Positions 9,075 through 17,582 of a stretch of DNA of 64,000 nucleotides are shown here, one piece after another. The DNA lies in NCBI GenBank assembly GCA_038245295.1, contig JBBRSP010000003.1, positions 224,001 to 288,000 of the forward strand. The letters are read 5' to 3'. Positions within the stretch are counted from its first letter, which is position 1, and each line of letters opens with the position of its first letter. Origin of the DNA: Candidatus Binatia bacterium. Lineage in GTDB: Bacteria; Desulfobacterota; Binatia; HRBIN30. The notes under the pieces were generated by a model that was not told the DNA's origin, did no database searches, and was given only the letters and a program-made list of their open reading frames with translations. The translations under genes were made by a program, and so were the position numbers.

Positions 9075-11057
9075 ATGGGCAAAGCCTTTGCTGCGGCGCT
9101 GGGCGGACTGTTGATCACTGTATCCCGGGGAGCCTGGGCTCTCACGGCGTGCACCGCAGCCGAGTTCTCCACCTATGAGGTTGGTTGCCCGGCGGCCGGC
9201 GATTGCGTGGTGACCATGTCCTACACCATCGCCGACGGCTGTGAGCTGAACTTTGGCGAGCGGAACCTTACCCTGGCACCGTCGGCTGTGCTGGGTATTG
9301 GCTCGGGGACCACCGACATCGTGGCTCATGACATCACTCTCGCCGCGAGCACCTCGGGCGGGGCCTATATCAATGGCCGCGGCCTCAACGGCGCCACGAG
9401 TGGCGGAACGATTCGTCTCAAGGCGAGCGGCACCGTCGACATCCAACGCAAGGGGACCACACGGGCTCGCGTCGAGGTGTCGGCCAGCGATAGAGCCGGC
9501 ACGATCGAGATTGATGCGCTGGGTACAGTGACGATTGCTGGACGGCTACGGGCCGGCAATGAGGCCAATAGCGGCGCTTGGGCCGGTACAATCCGTGTTA
9601 CCTCTGGGGCCGATGTCCTCAGCCTACCCGGCAGTCAGATCGAGGCCGATTCGAACGATGCAGGCGTCGGGGGAGTCGTTGAGATCAGCGCTGCTGCCAA
9701 GATCGATCTCGGCGACGTAGTCGACGTCTCGGGCGGTGATGCCGCCAGCTATGACGAGCCGGTGGTCAAACTCGCCTCCGGAGCGGATACCATCGTGCGT
9801 GGCGTCAACGGCAGCGTCAGTGGCGCGCGATCCGCGGCAGGGACCGTGCAACTTCGCGCCGGCGGCGCCGTCCAGTTCCTCGGTAACCCGGTCTACCTCA
9901 ACAGTAGTCACGAGGTGAATTCAGACAGCGACGCCGGCTATTTAGACGTCGAAGCTGGTGGTGATGTCGTCATCGCGACAAGTCTCTATCTCGAGGGTCG
10001 AGGCACCCTCGGCCAGGGCGGCACCATCGCCGTGACCGCGGCGGGCGCGATTCGTACCACCCCAACGACAACCGTCTCACTACGCAGCTACGGTGAACGG
10101 GGCAGTACCGGCGACATGGAACTGAATGCGGCGACAACAATGACCCTCGCGGGATCGATCGATCTGAGCGGTGGCGAGAGTGCCGGCCAACTCCTGCTCG
10201 AGGTTGGTACCGATCTGTCGATCAGCGGTCCGATCGATTTACAGGGCTTGTACGGGTTCGCCGACGGTGGGGAGGTTGATGTCACCGCCGCGGTGGGTGG
10301 ACATGGTACCATCACCATTTCCAATGCCATCGACGCAAGCAGCGGTCCTTGTTCCGGGCCATCCGATCGCGACTGTCCGGTCGGCGGCGACTTGAGCTTC
10401 GATACGGAACGCTTCGTCCTCACCTCCAGCGGCCGGTTGAGAGCGCGCGGCGCTGACGGCGGCGGCGCGATCTATATTGGGGCCAGACAGCAGGTCCGCA
10501 TCGACGGCTTCATCAACGCGCTGGGTGTCGGCTCGGGTGCGTCAGACGGTAACGTCGAGATCGAAGTCGGCTGCGGCAAAGCCCTGATCGCCGGCAACGT
10601 GATCCAACCGCCGGCCGACATCTACGACAGTGGCCCAGCATGCGACGCAACACCGACGCCGACGCAAACACCATCGATCACCGTGAGCCCCGGGGTGACG
10701 TCAACCAGGACGGCCAGCGCGACCAGTACCGCGTCGATCCCTGCTCCGACTGCAACACCGAGCGCCACCCCCTACGCGAGTGCTACGGCGACGCACAACC
10801 AGACAGCAACGGCGTCCGCGACGGTCACGCGCACCGCGCCGATGCCGACGCCGAGCCCGACGCAAGCCTGCGTCGGCGACTGCGGCGTCGACGGCGAGGT
10901 GACGATCGAAGAGATCTTGTTGATGACTGGTGTTGCGCTTGGGACCCAAGACATCGACGCGTGCCGCGCCGGTGATAGCGGTCATGATGGGGAGATCACC
11001 ATCGAAGAGATTCTCGCCGCCGTGGCGCACGCCCTCAGCGGCTGCAACGACTCTTAG
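9075..11057 (+). CDS. Secreted surface protein: Gly-rich beta-helix-like repeats, Thr/Pro linker, C-terminal dockerin-like module
   Basis: Signal peptide; repeated GG-x-I-x-I-x-A units; TPT linker; CVGDCGVDGEVTIEEI...GDSGHDGEITIEEILAAVAHALSGC. Confidence 0.8.
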   Translation: MGKAFAAALGGLLITVSRGAWALTACTAAEFSTYEVGCPAAGDCVVTMSYTIADGCELNFGERNLTLAPSAVLGIGSGTTDIVAHDITLAASTSGGAYINGRGLNGATSGGTIRLKASGTVDIQRKGTTRARVEVSASDRAGTIEIDALGTVTIAGRLRAGNEANSGAWAGTIRVTSGADVLSLPGSQIEADSNDAGVGGVVEISAAAKIDLGDVVDVSGGDAASYDEPVVKLASGADTIVRGVNGSVSGARSAAGTVQLRAGGAVQFLGNPVYLNSSHEVNSDSDAGYLDVEAGGDVVIATSLYLEGRGTLGQGGTIAVTAAGAIRTTPTTTVSLRSYGERGSTGDMELNAATTMTLAGSIDLSGGESAGQLLLEVGTDLSISGPIDLQGLYGFADGGEVDVTAAVGGHGTITISNAIDASSGPCSGPSDRDCPVGGDLSFDTERFVLTSSGRLRARGADGGGAIYIGARQQVRIDGFINALGVGSGASDGNVEIEVGCGKALIAGNVIQPPADIYDSGPACDATPTPTQTPSITVSPGVTSTRTASATSTASIPAPTATPSATPYASATATHNQTATASATVTRTAPMPTPSPTQACVGDCGVDGEVTIEEILLMTGVALGTQDIDACRAGDSGHDGEITIEEILAAVAHALSGCNDS

Positions 11058-11078
11058 CCCTCATGTTTGAAAGATGTC

Positions 11079-11163
11079 ACCGCAGAGGCGCCAAGACGCA
11101 GAGAGCGGCGAGGACAAACCCCCGAAAGTAGTTGTTCTCTCTGCGTCTCTGCCCCTCTGCGGT
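11079..11163. repeat. Palindromic intergenic element (cgcagaggcgccaagacgcaga family), copy 1
   Basis: 27-nt arms 11079-11105 and 11137-11163 with 24/27 complementary; between convergent genes. Confidence 0.75.
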
Positions 11164-11184
11164 TGAACGTGCGACTCTAGCCGC

Positions 11185-11652
11185 TCACCCCTTCTCGAGC
11201 GCCTTCTTCACATTGACCAGATATTGCTTGGCGGCCTCGGTGGCTTCCGAGTCGACGAAGGACTTGAGGAATCCCTGCAGCAGACGCGGCACCGGCGTAT
11301 CGGGCGCCAGCATCTGGCGCAGGACGATCTTGGTCGTGTCGGGCGCGGTGGCTTGCAACTTGATCGAGCCGCGCACTTCGGTGTTGTCATCAGCGGCGTT
11401 GGTGCCTTCGAAGGAAATCGTATCTTTGCCGTTGTTGTCGTAGCGTGCCGTGTAACGCACGGTCATGCTGACCGGCCCGGTGGAACGCTCTTCGTAGAGA
11501 AAGCAGAAAGTGTCCTTACCCGCCTTGGAGCACGAATCGATGCCGGGGATACAGGACGACGAGCCGACGACGTCGGCGAGATACTTGTAGACCTTCGCCA
11601 GCGGGGCCTTGACGGTGACGGAACGCTCAACCTCGGTTGGGAACTTGGCCAT
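11185..11652 (-). CDS. SRPBCC/CoxG-like (START-fold) protein
   Basis: VERSVTVKAPLAKVYKYLAD...CIPG, C-terminal helix; GGAGG RBS. Confidence 0.8.
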   Translation of the reverse strand: MAKFPTEVERSVTVKAPLAKVYKYLADVVGSSSCIPGIDSCSKAGKDTFCFLYEERSTGPVSMTVRYTARYDNNGKDTISFEGTNAADDNTEVRGSIKLQATAPDTTKIVLRQMLAPDTPVPRLLQGFLKSFVDSEATEAAKQYLVNVKKALEKG

Positions 11653-11766
11653 CGGCAGCCCTCCTCGCCGGCTTCCTATAGGGCAGGGCTCGCCGCGGTC
11701 AAGCCGGCTTCGTCAGGCCGGCTTCGTTAGGCTGTCATCTCCCTCGAAGTCCCCAGCTAGTGGCTC

Positions 11767-11871
11767 CCTCTGCGACGTTGTGACTCTGCGTGAGGAAATG
11801 GTCGGTGGTTCCGCTCCAGCGGCGTCTGAATTCCACCTGGGTAGTTTTACGCAGAGGCGCCAAGACGCAGA
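11767..11871. repeat. Palindromic intergenic element, copy 2 (degenerate)
   Basis: cgcagaggcgccaagacgcaga at 11850-11871 is identical to 11081-11102; degenerate counter-arm ctctgcgacgttgtgactctgcgt from about 11767. Confidence 0.7.
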
Positions 11872-11967
11872 TCGGGGACGGCGCAAGCGGATAGCCCGGA
11901 TTAAAGCCCGATGTGGCCGTGAGCCACATAAAGGGTAAGTATCGGACGATGTTCGAAGGGTCGAATC

Positions 11968-12273
11968 ATGCACTGGCGACCGTATACGGCGCTCGGCAAC
12001 ACGTCGGTGACAGCCTGCGTGGGCGGAGATGCGGACCACAACGGCAGCATCACCATTGATGAGATTCTGACCGCCGTGAGGTCGGCTCTGAACGGTTGCC
12101 TCGATGCCCGCTCCCCCAGGGCGCTGAATAGAACCCATCGGTCTGGGACGGTGTCGTCGATCACTGTAAACGAAGTTGGCCGGGCTAACATCACTGCTTC
12201 TCCCGCCGAGCGATCCACTTGCAGAGGCGGCCGAGCTGCCGACTACCGTCTAGCGACCAATCTGATCTACTGA
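11968..12273 (+). pseudogene. Gene fragment with half a dockerin-like module
   Basis: ACVG joined directly to GDADHNGSITIDEILTAVRSALNGC (first EF-hand-like repeat missing); no signal peptide. Confidence 0.55.
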
Positions 12274-12296
12274 GCTGGGACGACGAACCAGGCAAA

Positions 12297-12380
12297 GGGT
12301 CCTGCCCCCGTTTCCGCTAACGCGACGCTTGATTTCCCTGATGAAGTCCTCTTCCAGAAACGGGTCCTGTCCCCTTTTCC
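12297..12380. repeat. Pair of short direct repeats (REP-like)
   Basis: gggtcctgcccccgtttcc (12297-12315) vs gggtcctgtccccttttcc (12362-12380), 17/19 identical. Confidence 0.6.
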
Positions 12381-12921
12381 CGGTCAAATGCCCGAGGCGA
12401 TACTCCTCGGCGTACTCGTCCTGGCTGAGCCTTGCGCCTACGCAATGGAAGTCATCCCGGGGCGCGGCTCACTCGTAGACAAGTCGAATAGCGCACGCAG
12501 GTTCCACGCAGCTGTTGACCTCTGGCGGCGCCGCTCGGGTGCAAATGCCACATACGCGTACAACCACGCACGTAGTACTCCGACCTTACGGCGTTGCCGA
12601 ACTACCGCAACTGTAGGATTCGGTTCAAAAAACCCTAAGTCGCCCAGGGCCGAAATGTCGCCAATAGAAAAGCGGCTCGTGCGCGACCGCAGCGTGATTT
12701 CTCTTGCGGTCGAGGTCAGGATGACCTCAGCGGAGGGCCCTCTGAAATCATCCAACAGAGGAAGGAGGAGGGCCGATGAGACGCCCCACAGCTCGTGTTA
12801 GGCTGAGAAAGACCTCTACACCTAGGAGTCACAAACACGCCATGACGTCGGTGATCCCTCCGCTCACGGTCTGGATTGTCCAGTGGTGCGCCGGTCGCAG
12901 CGCAACGAAAGGGGCCAACAT

Positions 12922-13014
12922 ATGATGAACCATACAGACGGATGGATGGGCGGAGGGATGTGGATTCGGACAGTCCTACTGGTCGTCGCGATTAGCAACC
13001 AGTCCAAGAAATAA
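12922..13014 (+). CDS. Small Met/Gly-rich membrane peptide (30 aa)
   Basis: AAGGGG RBS; MMNHTDGWMGGGMWIRTVLLVVAISNQSKK*; directly upstream of the DUF302 gene. Confidence 0.55.
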   Translation: MMNHTDGWMGGGMWIRTVLLVVAISNQSKK

Positions 13015-13066
13015 TCGTCCGGGCGGCGCCGCCACGAAGTGAACCGTTGAGAAAGGAAATAGGCCT

Positions 13067-13453
13067 ATGCTGTTCAAATTGCCCACCGACAAAACCGTTA
13101 ACGAGGCTGCGGCTGCCTTGCAGGCTGCCGTCCAAGCGAATCACTTTGGCGTCATGCAGGTTCACAACCTCAAAGAAACCATGGCCAAGAAGGGAGTGGA
13201 GTTCGCCCGCGAGTGCCTGATCTTCGAGGTGTGTCAACCTCAACAGGCGAAGAAGGTGCTCGATGAAAATATGAGTGTCTCCACCGCACTGCCATGCCGG
13301 ATCTCCATTTACGAGGAGGGCGGTGAGACCATTCTGGCGACATTGAAGCCGACCGCTCTTCTCGCGATGTTCCACGTCCCGCAACTGGAAGGGGTGGCGC
13401 AGGAAGTGGAAGCGACGGTTGTTAAGATCATGAAGGAAGCGGCGTCCGGTTGA
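13067..13453 (+). CDS. DUF302 domain protein
   Basis: FGV..HNLKETMAKKG, IFEVCQP, ALPCRISIYE; AAGGA RBS. Confidence 0.88.
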   Translation: MLFKLPTDKTVNEAAAALQAAVQANHFGVMQVHNLKETMAKKGVEFARECLIFEVCQPQQAKKVLDENMSVSTALPCRISIYEEGGETILATLKPTALLAMFHVPQLEGVAQEVEATVVKIMKEAASG

Positions 13454-13570
13454 GTGGCTGGCCTTTGAACGTCGCGATGGCTCGGTTACTCGTCATCATC
13501 GAATCCGGCCGTTTGGATCGGCGTCATCACCAAAGGAGTCCGACGAACGTTGCTACCAGGAGGTTGTGTC

Positions 13571-14320
13571 ATGCTTATTCACCAGATGACTGAGAACGAA
13601 TGCCGCACCGCACTCGAGCGCGTGAGCTTCGGCAGATTGGCGAGCGCAAACGATTGCCAGGCTTACGTCGTTCCGATCTACTTCTCTTACGATGGAAGGC
13701 ATATTTACGGGTTCAGCACGATCGGGCAAAAGGTCGAATGGATGCGCGCCAATCCGCTCGTCTGTCTGGAGATTGATGAACGGACGAGTCACCATCACTG
13801 GATGAGCGTGGTTGTGTCTGGTCGTTACGAGGAGTTACCGGATTCCCCCGAATTTGGAGACGAGCGCGTGCGGGCTCACGAAGCTCTGCAAAGACGCGCG
13901 ATGTGGTGGGAGCCGGCGTACGCCGCCACCGAACACCAGAAACAGCTTATCCCCATCTTCTACCGCATCCACATCACGCAGATGACAGGACACAGAGCGA
14001 CCCCCGATCCAGTTGAAGCAGTCGCGTTGGACACCAAAGCTCCGACGGCTCAAGAAAGCTGGCTGGGCAGCATCATGCGCCATTGGAATCGAGGAACCAC
14101 CTTCGTGATTTTTGAGCCGCAGCAGACCACGATTTATGCCCTGATCAAGCTGCCGCGCACCGATCAAACAGACGCCTTACTCAGCAACAGTAGCTTTGAC
14201 TATAGTTACGATCGGCTGCGCGGCCGATACCGTCTACGGCTGGGCAAAGATGACATCGAGAGATCCTCGAGTCTTTTGAGTGATCTCATGAGGAATGCCC
14301 AACGCGCGGGAACCGCGTAA
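13571..14320 (+). CDS. Pyridoxamine 5'-phosphate oxidase-family (NimA-like) flavin-binding protein with an extra C-terminal segment
   Basis: FGRLA...YVVPI...GQKVEWMRANPLVCLEIDE...WMSVVVSGRYEEL; AGGAGG RBS. Confidence 0.82.
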   Translation: MLIHQMTENECRTALERVSFGRLASANDCQAYVVPIYFSYDGRHIYGFSTIGQKVEWMRANPLVCLEIDERTSHHHWMSVVVSGRYEELPDSPEFGDERVRAHEALQRRAMWWEPAYAATEHQKQLIPIFYRIHITQMTGHRATPDPVEAVALDTKAPTAQESWLGSIMRHWNRGTTFVIFEPQQTTIYALIKLPRTDQTDALLSNSSFDYSYDRLRGRYRLRLGKDDIERSSSLLSDLMRNAQRAGTA

Positions 14321-14420
14321 GGGGAGTGCGCTGGCTGAGGCGTCGGGTGCAAGTATGGCTGTGAATGAAAGCCGCTCTTCATTCCTTCCGACTCCCACTG
14401 CCGCCGACAGCTTCGGTCTC

Positions 14421-14490
14421 GAAAGCCGGAATCTACCAAGCATGCCGCAGTTTCCAATCGAGGAAATCCCGGCTTTCTCGCCGGGATGAC
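14421..14490. repeat. Degenerate palindromic REP-like element
   Basis: gaaagccgg (14421-29) pairs with ccggctttc (14469-77); hairpin atcccggc/gccgggat followed by gac. Confidence 0.5.
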
Positions 14491-14704
14491 AGGTCGGGGT
14501 GACAAAATACGGCACCGAAAGCATCTTCGCGCACCGACAAGATTTGGAACGTTTGGTACGCAGATGGGTCAAGGGTCGTCTTTATTACCCTTGCTGCGCC
14601 TGGCCTTGTCCCCAACAACCTCAATGTTGGTTGCCGCATCTTGTTGGGAGCTTTCCGGGCTTCGCTTCAACCGCGGGCTTCGATCTCGGTCGCGCACGAG
14701 GCCG

Positions 14705-16282
14705 CTAGCGCGCTTCTTCGAGGCGTGTCTTGATCACATCGCGGCGCTTCTGAAGATCGCGATGGGTCACGGCGTCGACATCCGCCGTGATGCCGAGCGA
14801 CGCCTTGAAGCCGCGCATGTCGAAGGCCTGCTGCGTCGGATCCAGTCCCGATTCGAGAGTGATCTTGTCGGCGTGATTCTCGGCGAAGTAGGCATAGATG
14901 TTGAGCACCTCGGCGAAGATGTTGACGTCGGGCGCCAGGTGCGACAAGGCGTCGTCCATGAACAGCATGTTCTTGACGAACAGCATCAGCGGCTTCGGTA
15001 GGCGCGCGCCATAACCAAGGAGTGCCTTGGTGACGTACTGGATCTCGCGCGTCAGTTGCTCACTGTTGAGTTTGGTCGGATCGATGACCGGCTGATCGAG
15101 TTTGAGCGTTTTGATGAGCAGGTCGATGTCGGTATCGGGTTTGAGAGCCCCGAGATCGCGATACGCGGCGATCTGGCCACGCAGGTCGCCCATCATGCCG
15201 AGCATCATGATGCGTAGGAAAGCGAGACGACGCGTCTCGTCCATGCGCGCCGTCATTCCATAATCGAACAGGGCGATGCGCCCGTTCGGCATGACGAACA
15301 GATTGCCGCCGTGCAGATCACCGTGGAACACGCCGTAGATCATCGCCCCCTCGAGGAAGGCGACGATAAGGGCGCGCATCAGGGCGGTGGTGTCGACACC
15401 GGCTTCCTTCATCGAAGCGACGTCGTCGTACGTGAACCCACTCAAGCGCTCCATGACGAGCACGCGCCGGGTTACCAGTCGCGGATGCGGCCGTGGAACG
15501 ACAATCACCGTCTGCTTCGCCTCTTTGAGCAGGCGCGCGATGTCGAGCATGTTCTCGGCTTCCAGGCGGAAGTCGAGCTCTTCGAGGATGGTTTCGGCAA
15601 ACAGCTCGACCAGCGCCGGCGGATTGGCCAGGGCGGCGACGGGAATACGGCCGGTCAGGAACGGCGCAATCCATGCCATGGCGGCGATGTCCTGACGCAC
15701 GCGTTCGGAAACGCGCGGACGTTGGACCTTGACCACCACCGACTCGCCGGTGTGCAGAGTGGCGCAATGTACCTGCGCGATCGAGGCGGCGGCCAAGCAT
15801 GTCGTGTCGAAGGAACGGAAAACGGTCTCCAGCGGTGCCCCGAGGTCGGCCTCGACGACACGCTGCACGGTGTCGAACGGTTCGGCCTTAACCTGGTCGC
15901 GCAAGAGACGGAACTGCGCCACCAGCTCGTCGGGAAACAGACCGCGTCCGGACGAAACGATTTGAGCGAGCTTGATATAGCCCGGACCGAGAATCTCGAA
16001 GGCTTCCTTGAGACGTCGCGACAGACCGGCTCGCGAGATGGAGTCGCCCTGCGGTCGCTCGCGCAGCTGCCACAGAAGCAGGGCGGCGCCGAGATGGCGC
16101 GCCGTCTCGAGAAAACGGCCGATCGGTGGCAGCGCGCGCCGCGTCGTCAGCCGCGGCACCTCCGCTTGGGTGGCGGCGCGAAGCTCGTCGAGGCCCTCGA
16201 GCCACTCGATCTCCGTCGCGTCGATGTTCCACGGGCCGTCCTCGCCGAAGGCGTAGAATTCAGTGTCGGGTGTTGATCCCAT
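14705..16282 (-). CDS. ABC1/AarF/UbiB family atypical kinase
   Basis: LGPGYIKLAQ, AASIAQVH, VVKVQRP, EELDFRLEA, FHGDLHGGN, LFDYGM. Confidence 0.92.
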   Translation of the reverse strand: MGSTPDTEFYAFGEDGPWNIDATEIEWLEGLDELRAATQAEVPRLTTRRALPPIGRFLETARHLGAALLLWQLRERPQGDSISRAGLSRRLKEAFEILGPGYIKLAQIVSSGRGLFPDELVAQFRLLRDQVKAEPFDTVQRVVEADLGAPLETVFRSFDTTCLAAASIAQVHCATLHTGESVVVKVQRPRVSERVRQDIAAMAWIAPFLTGRIPVAALANPPALVELFAETILEELDFRLEAENMLDIARLLKEAKQTVIVVPRPHPRLVTRRVLVMERLSGFTYDDVASMKEAGVDTTALMRALIVAFLEGAMIYGVFHGDLHGGNLFVMPNGRIALFDYGMTARMDETRRLAFLRIMMLGMMGDLRGQIAAYRDLGALKPDTDIDLLIKTLKLDQPVIDPTKLNSEQLTREIQYVTKALLGYGARLPKPLMLFVKNMLFMDDALSHLAPDVNIFAEVLNIYAYFAENHADKITLESGLDPTQQAFDMRGFKASLGITADVDAVTHRDLQKRRDVIKTRLEEAR

Positions 16283-16470
16283 CAGTCGTCGCCTGTAGCC
16301 CCACAGGGCCGTTACGACAATGCACGCCCACGTGAGCAAGCCGCGAACGGTCGGAATTGTAGGTCGATTGAAGGGTGAAGAGTTAAGAGTTGAGAGTCAA
16401 AGGGTGCCCGTCCTCCGATTTCACCCTTTACTCTTCACACTTCACTCTTTCTTTGCGATTCGGTCTTGGC

Positions 16471-17502
16471 ATGGAGACGCGCACAACCGGCATTGTCATC
16501 GATCCGCGTTTCGAGCAGCACCTTACCGGCGCTGGCCACCCGGAGCGGCCGGCGCGGATCGCGGCGCTGCTGTTGGCGTTGCGCAACTTGCCTGACGGCT
16601 TCGCGGCGATCGAGCCGCGGCATGCATCGGGTGACGAGATCGCCCTGGTCCATAGCCCGGCATACGTGGAAGAGGTTGCCGCCAGTGCTTTCTACGATCG
16701 ATTTGCCTTCGATCCGGACACGCAGGTGTCGGCCGGTTCGTTCGATACGGCGCGGCTCGCCGCCGGCGCTCTCCTGGCGTTGCTCGATGCGATCATGGCA
16801 CGGCAGATCGACAACGGGTTTGCCTTCGTGCGTCCGCCCGGGCATCACGCCGAACGCCATCGCGCCATGGGGTTTTGCCTGTTCAACAACGTCGCCATTG
16901 GGGCCGAGTATTTGCGGCGGCGGTATGGCTTTGAACGAATCTTGATCCTCGATTGGGATGTGCACCACGGCAACGGCACGCAGCACATGTTCGAGCGCGA
17001 CGCCGGCGTTCTGTATATGTCGACGCACGAGTTTCCCTTCTACCCGGGCACGGGCGCGGCGGATGAAGTAGGAGAGGGGAGCGGCGAGGGGTACACGGTC
17101 AACGTGCCGCTGCCGGGCGGCTGCGGCGATGGCGAGTACTACGAAATGTTCCAACGTGTCGTCGAACCCATCGCGCACCAGTACAAACCGCAATTCGTCC
17201 TCATCTCGGCCGGCTTCGACGCCCACGCACGTGATCCGCTTGGCGGCATGCAACTCAGCACGCAAGCCTATGGCTGGATGACAACAGCCCTGCTGCGAGT
17301 CGCACAGGAGCACGCCGGAGGCCGCTGCGCGGCCATCCTTGAAGGCGGCTACGACCTCGAAACGCTCTGCAGTTCCTCCCTGGCGGTGCTCGACGAGTTG
17401 CGCGGCGCCGGTTTGATGGGGGAGCCTCACGTCGAGCCGAGTCGCACGAGCGTGTTGGCCGAGCGCCTCGTACGACTTCAACGCGAGTACTGGCGCCTGT
17501 GA
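16471..17502 (+). CDS. Histone deacetylase family protein
   Basis: HPERPAR, RPPGHHA, GFCLFNN, DWDVHHGNGTQ, SAGFDAH..DPL, LEGGY. Confidence 0.95.
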   Translation: METRTTGIVIDPRFEQHLTGAGHPERPARIAALLLALRNLPDGFAAIEPRHASGDEIALVHSPAYVEEVAASAFYDRFAFDPDTQVSAGSFDTARLAAGALLALLDAIMARQIDNGFAFVRPPGHHAERHRAMGFCLFNNVAIGAEYLRRRYGFERILILDWDVHHGNGTQHMFERDAGVLYMSTHEFPFYPGTGAADEVGEGSGEGYTVNVPLPGGCGDGEYYEMFQRVVEPIAHQYKPQFVLISAGFDAHARDPLGGMQLSTQAYGWMTTALLRVAQEHAGGRCAAILEGGYDLETLCSSSLAVLDELRGAGLMGEPHVEPSRTSVLAERLVRLQREYWRL

Positions 17503-17582
17503 AAACGTGGTCGCGGGGCGGCTGCGTGTGGCAGTGACTAGAGGTACGCCGCGAAGCCGTCGCGAACGAACCTTTTTCACGC

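Noticed and set aside
8850..9446. N-terminal extension of the HI0933 ORF (similarly 19980-20246 of PBP1A and 41391-41717 of mltG)
   Set aside because: Overlaps divergent genes; family motifs begin only at the downstream starts
12388..12801. ORFs 12388..12801 (+) and 12438..12755 (-)
   Set aside because: No recognisable motifs; cannot decide which, if either, is real
15311..16276. Long antisense ORFs over ubiB-like, PBP1A, ptsP and others
   Set aside because: Typical high-GC shadow ORFs opposite well-supported genes
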